Of a stretch of DNA of 64,000 nucleotides, positions 10,184 through 20,707 are shown one piece after another (position 1 is the first letter of the stretch; the number at the start of each line of letters is the position of its first letter). The notes under the pieces are model-generated. The model saw only the letters and a list, made by a program, of their open reading frames with translations. It searched no databases and had not been told where the DNA came from. The DNA lies in assembly GCA_963845145.1 (NCBI GenBank), contig CAWJQU010000005.1, positions 1,056,001 through 1,120,000 on the forward strand, given 5' to 3'. The stretch comes from an uncultured delta proteobacterium. Its GTDB lineage: Bacteria; Desulfobacterota; Desulfobacteria; Desulfobacterales; QNYZ01. Both the position numbers and the translations under genes were made by a program.

Positions 10184-11143
10184 ATGACACATGATCGTAT
10201 GGGGCCAATAAACAAGGATGTCTTTGCCGGGGCAGGAAGCGGGTATAATCCGCTCAAAGGATTCCTTTACGCTCTCGGTGGCGCTCTTCTTCTGAGCACC
10301 AATTATATAACCGTCAAATTCGGCCTCAAAGGATTCAACCCGGAAACCTTGAGCTTTATTTGGACCGCGGCCGCTGCGATTTATTCATTGATTATATCTC
10401 TTTTGTCTTCATCCAGCAGAAAACAGATCCGAGCGACTCCCGATTTTGGGCTAATGATTCTACTGGGAGTGACAACCGCGGTGGCTGTCATTTTTGGATG
10501 GCATGGACTCAAACGTTTAGATCCTTCATTTTCATCCTTTCTTTGGCGGTTCCTGCCAGCCATCACTATTGTGTCGGGACTTTTATTTTTCAAAGAAAGG
10601 CTGACCAGGTCCGAATTACTGGCGTTAGTCATCATGTTTACCGGCGGCTTCTGGAGTACCGCTGGCAGATGGAATACAATCGGGCATGGGGTTATCTTCA
10701 CCGTCTGTTCGGTGAGCGCCGTGGCCATGCAGTTGATTATCGTTAAAACCAGAGTGCACCACATCCATCCCAATGTGATGGTCGTTTATCGAACGACGGT
10801 CGGTGCGGTGCTGATTGGCTTATGGTTGTGGGTAAGTGGTACGGCAAATTTTGAGGTTGATCTGGGTTATTGGATTATTGTGCCTACTCGGCGCCTTTTT
10901 GGGTCCATGTGCAGGATACCTGATGACCTTTTACTCCTACCGGTACTGGTCACTCTCGCAATCCAGTATCGTCCTAACGATACAGCCCTTTGGGTGCTCC
11001 CGATGGCGTATGGTTTTCTGGGCAGTCTGCCCTTGAAAAGTGAAATCATCGGTCGCACAATCATCCTCTCCGGTGCCTTGTTGTTCGCTTATTCCGAGGT
11101 ATCCAAGTCGAAAAGGCATTCAAATATAAACATTGTGACATAA
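10184..11143 (+). CDS. EamA/DMT family transporter; two compensating frameshifts near 10880 and 10990
   Basis: Multiple TM segments and FFKERLT motif. The alternative frame (10836-11036) supplies the hydrophobic segment LLGAFLGPCAGYLMTFYSY. Confidence 0.8.
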   Translation: MTHDRMGPINKDVFAGAGSGYNPLKGFLYALGGALLLSTNYITVKFGLKGFNPETLSFIWTAAAAIYSLIISLLSSSSRKQIRATPDFGLMILLGVTTAVAVIFGWHGLKRLDPSFSSFLWRFLPAITIVSGLLFFKERLTRSELLALVIMFTGGFWSTAGRWNTIGHGVIFTVCSVSAVAMQLIIVKTRVHHIHPNVMVVYRTTVGAVLIGLWLWVSGTANFEVDLGYWIIVPTRRLFGSMCRIPDDLLLLPVLVTLAIQYRPNDTALWVLPMAYGFLGSLPLKSEIIGRTIILSGALLFAYSEVSKSKRHSNINIVT

Positions 11144-11823
11144 GGGGGTGTTATAAGTCCCTTGTTGGCCAATATCTTTCTTCACCATGCGTTTGATGAA
11201 TGGATGAGGGTAAATCATCCTGGTGTTTTATTTGCCAGATATGCGGATGACATTATTGTCCACTGTCGTACGGAAGCTCAAGCACAGTGTATGCTGAGAG
11301 TCATAGAAAGACGGCTGGCGCGATGCAAGCTAAAACTGCATCCTGAGAAGACGAAGATTGTCTATTGCAAAGACTAAAACGCCCCGGAAATTACAAGCAC
11401 GAGAGCTTTGATTTTCTTGGATATTGCTTTCGGCCGCGTGGTTGTAAAGGGCGTAGCCATTTCTGGGGCTTTACACCAGCGGTAAGCAAATCAGCGATCA
11501 AAGCGATGAGTGCCACCATAAGGGGCTGGAAATTGCATTTGTGGAGTTCGTCCTCAATAGAGGATATAGCCAAGCGGATCAACTCCGTGATTAGGGGTTG
11601 GTTGAATTATTATGGCAGATATTACAAATCAGCGCTGCATCCCATACTATGTCAGCTTCAAAATGCCTTGGTTCGTTGGGCAATGCGGAAATACAAAAGG
11701 CTGAAAGGTCAGTGGCTAAAGGCGACCCACTGGTTAGGTCGCATAGCACGCCGCGAACCAAGATTGTTCTCGTCTTTGGGAATTTGGCTTTCGGCCGTCG
11801 GCTGGACAGTAGGAGCCGTATGA
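11144..11823 (+). pseudogene. ltrA: Group II intron reverse transcriptase/maturase, C-terminal half, frameshifted near 11375 (probably also near 11770)
   Basis: GGVISPLLANIFLHHAFDEWM, RYADD, LHPEKTKIVYCKD, FDFLGYCFRPR, GFTPAVS, RGWLNYYGRY; no endonuclease domain. Confidence 0.9.
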
Positions 11824-11845
11824 CGGGAGACTGTCACGTACGGTT

Positions 11846-13790
11846 GTGTGTCCAGCTAAGGCTGGTATGTTCAGCAGGAGTCAGTCCTGCCAGGGTAAGA
11901 ATCAGAAGCCCTGTAGCTTGGATGGCAGGTAGGAGGGAAACCGAATATCTGAAGCCCATCGACAAAGCAATCCTTAAGGGATGTGAGCGAGTCACCGGGC
12001 CGTAACGAAAGTGAACGCACAGGTGGCCCCGAAAGTGAGAATCCCCGGAGGCCGAGCCCGCATCCGTAGGGCGAAGGCAGCATGATTAGCCGAAAACTGA
12101 TTGATACGGCTAATTCACTCCGGCGGGGTGGTAGCGACAGCACGGTGGCAAGGACATACCGAGCAACTGGAGAAGCCCTCCTCGTCCCAGGGAGAAATCT
12201 CTGGAGCAAGGTAGATTCTATAACCGTGAACAGCGGGAAGTGAATCGAAAGGCGAGAGGGTGGCGGATGGGTCCGTATTAGCGATGAACCGGGGTAACGC
12301 CCGGGGAGCAAAGGGACCCTGCTGTTAACAATCTTCCGACAACACTGGGAGGCAGGGACGAGATGATAAAGGCGTCCATTAGTCTGCAGGACCTGAGAAG
12401 GAAGATATACCTGAAGGCGAAGTCTGATAAGACATGGCGGTTTTGGGGACTGTATGTTCATGTCTGTAAGATGGAAACACTTCAATGGGCCTATCGCGAT
12501 GCCAAGAAAAATAACGGAGCACCGGGAATAGATGGTGTAACGTTTGATGACATCGAAAAGGCAGGAGTGGAAGCTTTTCTTGAGCAGATACAAAATGAAC
12601 TGGTCTCCGGGACATATCGACCCATGCGAAATCGAATCAAAGAGATTCCCAAGGACAATGACAAGGTCAGAGTCTTAGGAATTCCTGCGATACGAGATCG
12701 CGTGGTTCAAGGGGCACTCAAGCTCATCTTAGAGCCGATATTTGAAGCCGACTTTCAAGAAGGATCATATGGATATCGCCCCAAGCGAACCGCTCATGCT
12801 GCGGTAGATCGTGTGGCTGAGGCAGTCGTGAAGAACAAGACCCGTGTCATTGATTTAGACCTTAAGGCCTATTTTGACAACGTTCGGCATGACATTCTGT
12901 TGAAGAAAGTGGCCGAACGAGTCAACGATGACGAGGTGATGCGATTGCTGAAGCTGATTTTGAAAGCCGGTGGCAAGCGAGGCGTTCCTCAAGGTGGGGT
13001 GATTTCACCGTTGCTCAGTAATATCTATCTCAATGAGGTGGATAAAATGCTGGAGCGGGCAAAGGAGGTTACCCGCCACGGCAGATACACCTATATTGAA
13101 TATGCCCGATTTGCGGATGATCTGGTGGTCCTGGTAGATGGCTTTCGGAAAATGGGAGTGGCTTTTAAAGGCGGCTTATAAACGGCTTGTTGAAGAGTTT
13201 GAGAAGCTTGATGTTCAGATGAATCAGGAGAAGACCCGAATAGTGGATCTTACCCGGGATGAGACCTTCAGCTTTCTGGGATTTGACTATCGGCGGGTTA
13301 AAACACGCCGTGGTGTATGGGGAGTAAGAGTCACACCGCGGATGAAGGCACGGACAGCCTTGCTGCGAGAAACTCAAGGACGTGTTCCGTCGTCATCAAT
13401 CCCAACCCGTGGATCGGGTTATATATCTGATCAACCCGATTCTCAGGGGATGGGTCAACTATTTTCGGGTTGGCAACTCCAGCGAGTGCTTTGGTTATAT
13501 CAAAGACTGGGTGGAGAAAAAGATCAGACGACATCTGATGCATGCAAGAAAACGCCGTGGCTTCGGCTGGAACAGGTGGAGTAGGGCCTGGTTTTACGAA
13601 ACTCTGGGATTGTTTAATGATTACGGAGTTCGATATTACAGGGCCTGAAAGCGCTGCCAGTTTGATAGGTCTCATAAACCTTTAGATGAAGTTAACAGAG
13701 AAAGCGTAGTGCGGGAAATCCGCACGCTGCGTTTGACGAGGCGGGGGCTGGAAACGGGCTTTTGAGTACCGCGCCAGTCTTCGACCCTAC
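11846..13790 (+). mobile_element. Inner, full-length group II intron (class E/F-like)
   Basis: 5' end GTGTG at 11846 (GUGYG consensus), ~520 nt structured leader, IEP ORF, DV AAGCGTAGTGCGGGAAATCCGCACGCTGCGTTT at ~13702-13734, DVI ending ...CGACCCTAC at 13790. Confidence 0.9.
12363..13648 (+). CDS. ltrA: Group II intron reverse transcriptase/maturase (inner intron IEP); frameshifts near 13150 and 13370
   Basis: GAPGIDG, RVLGIPAIRDRVVQ, SYGYRP, DLDLKAYFDNV, PQGGVISPLLSNIYL, RFADD, FSFLGF, NPILRGWVNYF across three ORFs. Confidence 0.92.
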
Positions 13791-14105
13791 CTTTGAGAGC
13801 CTGGGGGTGAGATTCCCCTGCGCTACTTACTCAGTGTTGTAAATATCAAGGCCCTTAAAAAGATCCAATGCGCGAAAATAATCACAACGAGCCAAATCTT
13901 GCAGGAAGGATAGATTTCGTGGCAGGATAAGGATATCCAGAACGTATCGGTAAAAATTCCAATTAATTTGGTAACAGGTTTTATCTCAATACATCACCAT
14001 CTGCAGAAGTCCTCAATTTTGTTTGATAAAATTCGTTTTTTTAGAATATAAACGAATTATTCCTATTCTGAACCTCCCCATCTTAACCTCAACAGGGGTG
14101 TCGTT

Positions 14106-16011
14106 ATGGCCGAGAACAGCGTGAAGCGGAAGCTCAGAGCCATCCTGGCTGCCGACGTAAAGGGTTACAGCCGCATGATGGGCAAGGACGAAGTCGGCAC
14201 CTATCAAACACTCACCTCCAATCTGGAGTTAATCCGTTCCATTATATCAGAACACGATGGCCGGGTGTTTTCATCCCCTGGTGATGCTGTCATGGCTGAG
14301 TTTTCCAGCGTGGTAGATGCAGTTCAATGCGCTGTTGAATTACAGGATAAAGTTGAAGCGATAAACGCTGATATGCCAGAAGATCGCAAGATGCAGTTTC
14401 GCATCGGTGTGAACCTGGGTGACGTTATTCAAGATGGCGAACAGGTATACGGAGACGGGGTCAATATCGCCGCACGTATTGAAACCTTGGCTCAACCGGG
14501 CAAGGTTGCGATTTCAAAGAATGTTTACAGATGAACATTCGTAACAAGCTCAAATTCGGCTATGAATATCAAGGTGAACATCAGGTCAAGAATATAACGG
14601 AACCTGTCAGGGTATACAAGGTTCTGACGACACCGGAACTTACCGGTCAGTTGATTGGAGAACCAAAAGCACCAAAGCGCCTATCGAAACAGTCTTACAT
14701 TTCACTCCTTATTCGTTTTGAGTTCTGGCTGTAGCAGCTGCCTTATGGCAGTTTTACCTCCGTGCCCCTGAGATAGAGGCAGCCTTGGTAGAAAATATGG
14801 CCTATCCTCTTCCCAATAAGCCGTCTGTTGCTGTGTTACCTTTCGTGAACCTCAATAAAAATCCCACGCAGGACTTCATAGCTGACGGGATTACAGAGAA
14901 CATAACTTCCGCCCTATCTCAAAATTCAGAAATGTTCATCATCTCAAGTAGTTCGATGTTTATTTACAAGGGAACCAATGCAAAGTTGAGGGAAGTAAGT
15001 GAAGATTTGGGGGTTAGGTACATACTTAAAGGCAGTATTCAACGATCTAAAGAACGAATCCGGGTGAATGCTCAGTTGATCGATGCCATCAAAGGGTATC
15101 ATCTTTGGTCTGAAAGTTATGATCGAAGCATGATCGATTACTTCGCTGTCCAGGACGAAATTACACAACAAATTGCCTTAGCACTACAGGTGGAGTTGAC
15201 TCACGGGGAAAGAACTCGAAGCTATATGCGCACTCATAGCTTGGAGGCCTGGGAGAAGCTTATCAAAGGAAATAAATTTTTCGTCCGCTATACAAAGGAA
15301 GGTAATACACGAGCCAGGAAGCTATTTAAGCAAGCTACGGATCTTGATCCACATTATGCATTTGCGTGGTCATTACTCGCGTGGACTCATATTATTGATG
15401 CCTTGTTTAACTTCGGGAATTCTCAAACCGATTCTCTTAATAAGGCTTTAAAATTTACATATAAAGCCTCATCTATAGATGATACAATACCCGGCCCTCA
15501 TTCTTCCTTTGGTTTTATTAACCTCATGCAGAGAAATTACGAAAAAGGTATATCTGAAGTAAATAAAGCTCTTTCATTAGCGCCGAATGACGCAACAAAT
15601 CATATGATAGCGGCACTAATAATTTGCTATTCAGGAGAGTTTAAACAGGCACTTTCCTATGCGAAAAAAGCAATGCGACTCAGCCCCCACATCCCCTCAT
15701 GGTATTTTGCCATTTTGGGTCTAACATATTACATGGCAGAGCAATATGAAGATTCACTTTCAGCATATAAACAGCTTCTTAAACAGAGTCAATTCGGTGA
15801 GATTGCGCCTATTTGGGCTCATATAGGTTTGGCCAGCGTATACATACAGCTTAACCGGAAAAAAGAAGCACGTGTTCATGCGATCGCATTATTTAATTTA
15901 GACCCCACTTTTTCGCTAAACTGGGTACGAAACTTCATGCTTTTTAAAAATCCCTCTGATTTGGACCTAATTCTTAACGCTTTAAGAAAGGCGGGAGTAA
16001 ATCGAGGGTAG
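14106..16011 (+). CDS. Class III adenylate/guanylate cyclase with TolB-like and TPR domains; frameshifts near 14530 and 14720
   Basis: RKLRAILAADVKGYSRMM, GDAVMAEF, FRIGVNLGDV, GDGVNIAARIE, then PSVAVLPFVN...ADGITE...HLWSESYDR and TPR repeats. Confidence 0.88.
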
Positions 16012-16031
16012 GAAATTTATGAGATGAACAT

Positions 16032-17339
16032 ATGCTGATCAAAATGTGTAAGCTGATCATAAAAATTTTCTTTCGAGATATTACAGTCAAGGAAATCGAT
16101 AATTTGCCGGAATCTGGGCCTGTAATATTTACACCTAACCATCCGAATGCTCTGCTCGATCCGATGTTGCTTTTCTTTTTTCCACCTGAGCATAAAATTT
16201 GCTTTGTGGCAAAAGCCCCCCTGTTTAAAATCCCCCTGCTTGGCTGGATAATGAAAAAAATGCAAGCTATTCCAGTTGTACGCCGATTCGAAGCTAATGG
16301 TGATGTTGATTATAAGGCTTTTTTTGCTTCATGCATAGATTCTCTGGCTGCAGGTAACTCAATTGCCATATTTCCGGAAGGTGTCTCCCTTCCTCAACCT
16401 CATATGGCCGCTTTGAAGACGGGAGCTGCAAGATTATTCTTTATGGCCAGGGATAAAAATATCGATGTAAGCATTGTACCCGTTGGGCTGAACTATGAGC
16501 ATGGATCAATATTTAGAACATCTGTGGTAATATGGGTGTCGCCTCCATTGGATACTACAGATCTGATAGAAAAATACAAAGTATCACCCCAAAACGCTGT
16601 GTTCGAATTGACCAAAAAAATAAAAGACAATCTTGACGACCATGTTTTACAATCAGAAAATTTCCGGGATCGGGAACTGATGCTTCTTTTAGAGAGAATT
16701 TATACTGAAGAAAAAAACAATGACTCCTGGCTGGTGAAGTTCGAACGGCTAAAACAATTCGAAGCAGGCCTAAATGTCATCAAAGATTCGCATCCTTTTG
16801 AAATCGAAAGGTTGCGTCAAATGTTGTCTAAATATAAAAAATTATCATATTCATTAGAGGGGATGTATAATTCTTCTATGGGAAATACCGAAAGCTCAAT
16901 AATAATAAATCTTCTGTCCATTATTGGCTTCCCTTTTTTGTTTTTGGGTTGGTTGCTCAACCTTATACCCTACCAATTATGCAATTTCATTGTAAAGCAC
17001 GTAAAAAAATATGACGAATCTGAAGCAGCTACTTATAAAGTAGTATATTCGCTGTTGCTGTTTCCATCCACTTACCTATTGGAGGCTGTGCTCATCCACT
17101 TTTGGCTGGGATGGACCGTTACGATCACATTTGTAATTTTGATCATTCCCCTAAGTTACTTTACACTAATTTCTATTGAAAGACTTCATAGTAACGTTTT
17201 AGGAATACCAAAAATCAAAGCTATTTTATCGGATCGTATGTCCAAGCAAGTCGAATCACTTCATTCAAGTATTAGAGAATTGGTAGATTATTTGGCGAAG
17301 CAGGATGATAAGCAACCAGAAGTATCCAATCAAATATAA
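16032..17339 (+). CDS. Lysophospholipid/glycerol-3-phosphate acyltransferase (PlsC-like) with C-terminal TM region
   Basis: NHPNALLD (HX4D), FVAK, IFPEG, IVPVGLNY. Confidence 0.88.
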   Translation: MLIKMCKLIIKIFFRDITVKEIDNLPESGPVIFTPNHPNALLDPMLLFFFPPEHKICFVAKAPLFKIPLLGWIMKKMQAIPVVRRFEANGDVDYKAFFASCIDSLAAGNSIAIFPEGVSLPQPHMAALKTGAARLFFMARDKNIDVSIVPVGLNYEHGSIFRTSVVIWVSPPLDTTDLIEKYKVSPQNAVFELTKKIKDNLDDHVLQSENFRDRELMLLLERIYTEEKNNDSWLVKFERLKQFEAGLNVIKDSHPFEIERLRQMLSKYKKLSYSLEGMYNSSMGNTESSIIINLLSIIGFPFLFLGWLLNLIPYQLCNFIVKHVKKYDESEAATYKVVYSLLLFPSTYLLEAVLIHFWLGWTVTITFVILIIPLSYFTLISIERLHSNVLGIPKIKAILSDRMSKQVESLHSSIRELVDYLAKQDDKQPEVSNQI

Positions 17340-17353
17340 CAGTGGTGCTCTTA

Positions 17354-18676
17354 ATGCATGAAAAAAACAATCGCAGGACAATATTCGGATGGTGCATGTA
17401 CGACTGGGCAAATTCTGCTTTTGCGACGACTGTTCTCGCTGCTTTACTTCCAGCCTACTTTGCTGGTGAGGTTGTTGGCCCTGAGGGTGTGATGATTGGT
17501 GGTACACTCTACAGCGCGACTACCCTTTGGGGATTTGTGGTCGCTTTTGCAGCCTTTCTTATCTTTATGATTGCCCCGGTTCTGGGGGCTATAGCTGATT
17601 ATTCCGGAACAAAAAAAAAGTTTTTACTTTCATTTGCATACGGTGGTTCACTTTTCACGATATTACTCTTTTTCTGTGGGTCTGGAGATGTGATCAAAAC
17701 CCTGTTGATTTTCCTTGTTGCCCAGATTGGTTTTATCGCCGGTAATGTCTTCTATGACGCTTTTTTGCCACAAATTGCTACTGAGGATAAAATAGACTGG
17801 GTATCCGGTAAGGGCTTTTCATTCGGTTACCTCGGAGGTGGGCTTCAGTTCGCAATTGCTTTGGGGATTGTTGCAGGACATAAACAGTTAGGTATTTCGC
17901 AACCGATGGCAGCCCGCATAGGTTTAGCGTTGGCAGGAATGTGGTGGGCGGGTTTTACCTTATTCACGGTCAAATACCTCCGTGAAGTACCGCAAACCGA
18001 AACCTTGCCTAAAGATTCCAATGGAAAGCACTCGTTTTTTGCATATGCATCCGTCGGATTTTCCAGGCTGTTTAAGACAGCTCGGCGAGTGAGCCATTTT
18101 CGGCACTTATTGATTTTCCTGATTGCCTTCATGCTTTACAACGATGGAATTCAAACCGTCATCAACATGGCCACCATCTATGGGAAAGAAGAATTGAACC
18201 TTACGACAACAACGCTCATGTTTACCCTTTTGATCATTCAAACGATCGCTATTTTCGGAGCTCTTGCCTTTAGCCGTCTTGCTGGTCTGATCGGAGCAAA
18301 GCGTGCGGTGATGATAACTCTTGTTCTATGGTCCGGAATCGTTATTTACGCTTACTTTATTAATTCAGCTAAAGAATATTTTATTCTGGGGGCTGTCGTG
18401 GGGATCGTTTTGGGTGGATCTCAGGCGCTCAGTCGATCTCTGTATGGCTCGATGGTTCCCGAAGATGCGAGTGCTGAATTTTATGGCTTTTACAGTGTTT
18501 TTAGTAAATTTTCTGCCATCTGGGGTCCCATGGCTTTTGCCATCATACGCCATTTTTCCGGATCATCAAGGCTTTCGATCGTCTCATTGATCATTTTCTT
18601 CATCGCTGGTTTGATTTTGCTTTCTTTTGTTAATATAGAAAAAGCTCGTGAAGCGAAAGAAGCCGGAGCATTCTAA
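17354..18676 (+). CDS. MFS transporter, UMF1/ATG22-like
   Basis: WCMYDWANSAF, APVLGAIAD, GGSQALSRS, EFYGFY; about 12 TM. Confidence 0.88.
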   Translation: MHEKNNRRTIFGWCMYDWANSAFATTVLAALLPAYFAGEVVGPEGVMIGGTLYSATTLWGFVVAFAAFLIFMIAPVLGAIADYSGTKKKFLLSFAYGGSLFTILLFFCGSGDVIKTLLIFLVAQIGFIAGNVFYDAFLPQIATEDKIDWVSGKGFSFGYLGGGLQFAIALGIVAGHKQLGISQPMAARIGLALAGMWWAGFTLFTVKYLREVPQTETLPKDSNGKHSFFAYASVGFSRLFKTARRVSHFRHLLIFLIAFMLYNDGIQTVINMATIYGKEELNLTTTTLMFTLLIIQTIAIFGALAFSRLAGLIGAKRAVMITLVLWSGIVIYAYFINSAKEYFILGAVVGIVLGGSQALSRSLYGSMVPEDASAEFYGFYSVFSKFSAIWGPMAFAIIRHFSGSSRLSIVSLIIFFIAGLILLSFVNIEKAREAKEAGAF

Positions 18677-18779
18677 CTTGAAAAGTACCAAAAAGTTTAA
18701 ATGCAGCTAATTTCAAAATGAAAGCCATATTATTATAATTATAACCGATTGTAATAAAAAATTTTGCGGTATCCATAAA

Positions 18780-19220
18780 GTTCAAGTGCGAAGAATCCTG
18801 AAATTGTGTCGAGATCCCACTTGATTTCATCACATTTTATTTTAGCCGATTGAATCGAAACGCATATTCATCGAGATAGTTTTGAAGATATTTGGATTCA
18901 AAACGCCCCTGAAAGGTTCCTCGAATCAATCTTTTAACCAACGAAGCAATGAGAGGGACGCCTTATAGTCCATCATGATTATTGTTTGATTGGGATTGAT
19001 TGACCGGATCATGACTTTGATCTTTGAGAATGGGTGGATAACTTGGCCCCGCGTCGGTAACGATTGTTTTGGCTTCGGCGCCTCGCCCGCACTTACCGGA
19101 TTTCTCACCGCCGATGACAAATTCATCTACCTCGACCCATCCGGACAATTTCTCGCGACCCTGAGGTATTGTGCAGAGGCACCTTAACCACACAATGGAA
19201 CCGACGCAGTAAACTGCGCG
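18780..19220 (-). pseudogene. IS1595 family transposase remnant (internal deletion, stops)
   Basis: Minus-strand pieces GREKLSGWVEVDEFVIGG..GKCGRGA, VTDAGPSY and IASLVKRLIRGTFQGRFESKYLQNYLDEYAFRFNR. Confidence 0.8.
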
Positions 19221-19339
19221 GGGTATCGTGAACGTTAGCCATCTTCCTTGCCACATAGAAATGTTTGCTGTTGCCATTGCCGTAAAGTGCTGAACTGTCC
19301 GTGGAATTGCGTAACATCATCAAAAAAGAGGGGCCCGCG

Positions 19340-20707
19340 ATGAAACTTGTGTTTGTCAATATTATGCATGATCTGTATCAGCTCGACTCGACGGCGACGA
19401 TCTCCCAGCCGCCGGTGCCGCTGGCCGTGCTGAACGCCGTGACCTCAAAGGCCTTTGAAACGGCCCTGGTAGACGAGCAGACGGACGCGGTCCGATTCGA
19501 TGGTGATGTCTTTGCGTTCAGCCTGGCGACCCAGTTCGCTGGAAAGGTGTACCGCTATGCTGACGAGTTGCGCGCGGCCGGGAAGACGGTTATTCTGGGC
19601 GGCATCCATGTTACCGTCTGTCCAGAGGAGGCAATGCGCCACGCGGACGCCATTGTGACGGGTGAAGCCGAATCCCTCTGGCCGACAATCTGCGAGGATC
19701 TGCTGGCCGGAACGCTGCAAACGCGATACGTCGGTTCGCCGACTTCCCCTTCGCGGATGGTGCCGATTGACTACCGCTTCTTCGCCAATCGGCCGTACCA
19801 GACGCCCGCCTCGCTGTTTGCCACACGCGGCTGTCAGTATCGCTGCTCGTTCTGCGTGAGTTCACGCTACATGGGCCCGTTCCGCACCAAACCGATAGAC
19901 GTGCTTGAACAGGAGATCAACCAACTGCATTCGCTCTACCCCCACGCCTTTCTACAATTCACGGACGACAATCTCCTGGCGGATCGAGACTACGGCGCCG
20001 AGGTGCTCGCACTGCTGCGCCGGAAAAAACGACGCTTCGTCACCATGATTACGCTGGAACAACTCTGTGACGGCGCGCTCATGCAAGCGATGGCGTCCTC
20101 CGGCTGCCTTGGTGTTGCAGTCGGGGTTGAGTCTGTCGACGACGACAACTGCGTGTCCGTGGGCAAGCGCCACAACGTGGGCCAGCCGTTTTCGGAGGCC
20201 GTGCGTCAGGCTAACGACCTGGGCATTCAGGTGTGCGCCCTGCTGATGGTGGGGCTTCCGCATGATACTCCGGACAGACTAGCGCGCACGCTGCATGTTC
20301 TGAAACAGGTGCCGTGTTCAGTGTTCGACCTCCGCATTCTCCGAATCTATCCTGGCTCCAAACTCTACGACAAGATGCGCATCCAGGGCTCGGTCACCGA
20401 CACCTGGTGGTTGGGACCGGAACCGGTGGCCACCAATCATTTCTTGCCCGGCCATTTGCGTGTTCACTTCACACATGACCACTTCAACCCGATGCAGTTG
20501 CAGTCGGTCACACTGTCCCTCACGCGCGAATTGAACCGAATGAACTCCAAGGCTGGGTTTCACATATTGCGCGTTGGCCGTCGAGGGCGTGCGCTGAAGT
20601 TCGCCGGACGGATTATGTACGCCCGTAGCCGTTTCGTGAAGCAGGCGCGAACGCTGGGCGCGCTCGTGGATCAGGCCATGACGGAGGAACATGGGGCATG
20701 TTCTTAA
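19340..20707 (+). CDS. B12-binding-domain radical SAM protein
   Basis: ILGGIHVT, IVTGEAE, TRGCQYRCSFC (CxxxCxxC), FTDDN, VGVES. Confidence 0.9.
   Translation: MKLVFVNIMHDLYQLDSTATISQPPVPLAVLNAVTSKAFETALVDEQTDAVRFDGDVFAFSLATQFAGKVYRYADELRAAGKTVILGGIHVTVCPEEAMRHADAIVTGEAESLWPTICEDLLAGTLQTRYVGSPTSPSRMVPIDYRFFANRPYQTPASLFATRGCQYRCSFCVSSRYMGPFRTKPIDVLEQEINQLHSLYPHAFLQFTDDNLLADRDYGAEVLALLRRKKRRFVTMITLEQLCDGALMQAMASSGCLGVAVGVESVDDDNCVSVGKRHNVGQPFSEAVRQANDLGIQVCALLMVGLPHDTPDRLARTLHVLKQVPCSVFDLRILRIYPGSKLYDKMRIQGSVTDTWWLGPEPVATNHFLPGHLRVHFTHDHFNPMQLQSVTLSLTRELNRMNSKAGFHILRVGRRGRALKFAGRIMYARSRFVKQARTLGALVDQAMTEEHGACS

Larger units (their letters stand above)
11142..13830 (+). mobile_element. Outer group II intron (class D, RmInt1-like), 5'-truncated and interrupted in domain V by a second intron
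   Basis: IEP fragment, then DV GAGCCGTATGACGGGAGACTGTCACGTACGGTT (11813-11845), which resumes at 13791 as CTTTGAGAG, followed by DVI hairpin GCCTGGGGGTGAGATTCCCCTGCGCTACTTAC ending in AC at ~13830. Confidence 0.85.

Noticed and set aside
12134..12140. GCGACAG as EBS2 pairing with CTGTCAC in the outer DV
   Set aside because: One mismatch, and it may pair internally; cannot be assigned without folding.
11871..12593. 240-aa minus-strand ORF and 11598-12005 plus-strand ORF
   Set aside because: They overlap intron RNA domains and the IEP and show no protein motifs; shadow ORFs.
11144..13648. Reverse transcriptases as retron, DGR or defence RTs
   Set aside because: Both have group II maturase domains and are followed by DV/DVI RNA structures; no msr-msd or TR/VR repeats seen.
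14532..14534. TGA in the cyclase as selenocysteine or readthrough
   Set aside because: The protein continues in a different frame, so this is an indel.
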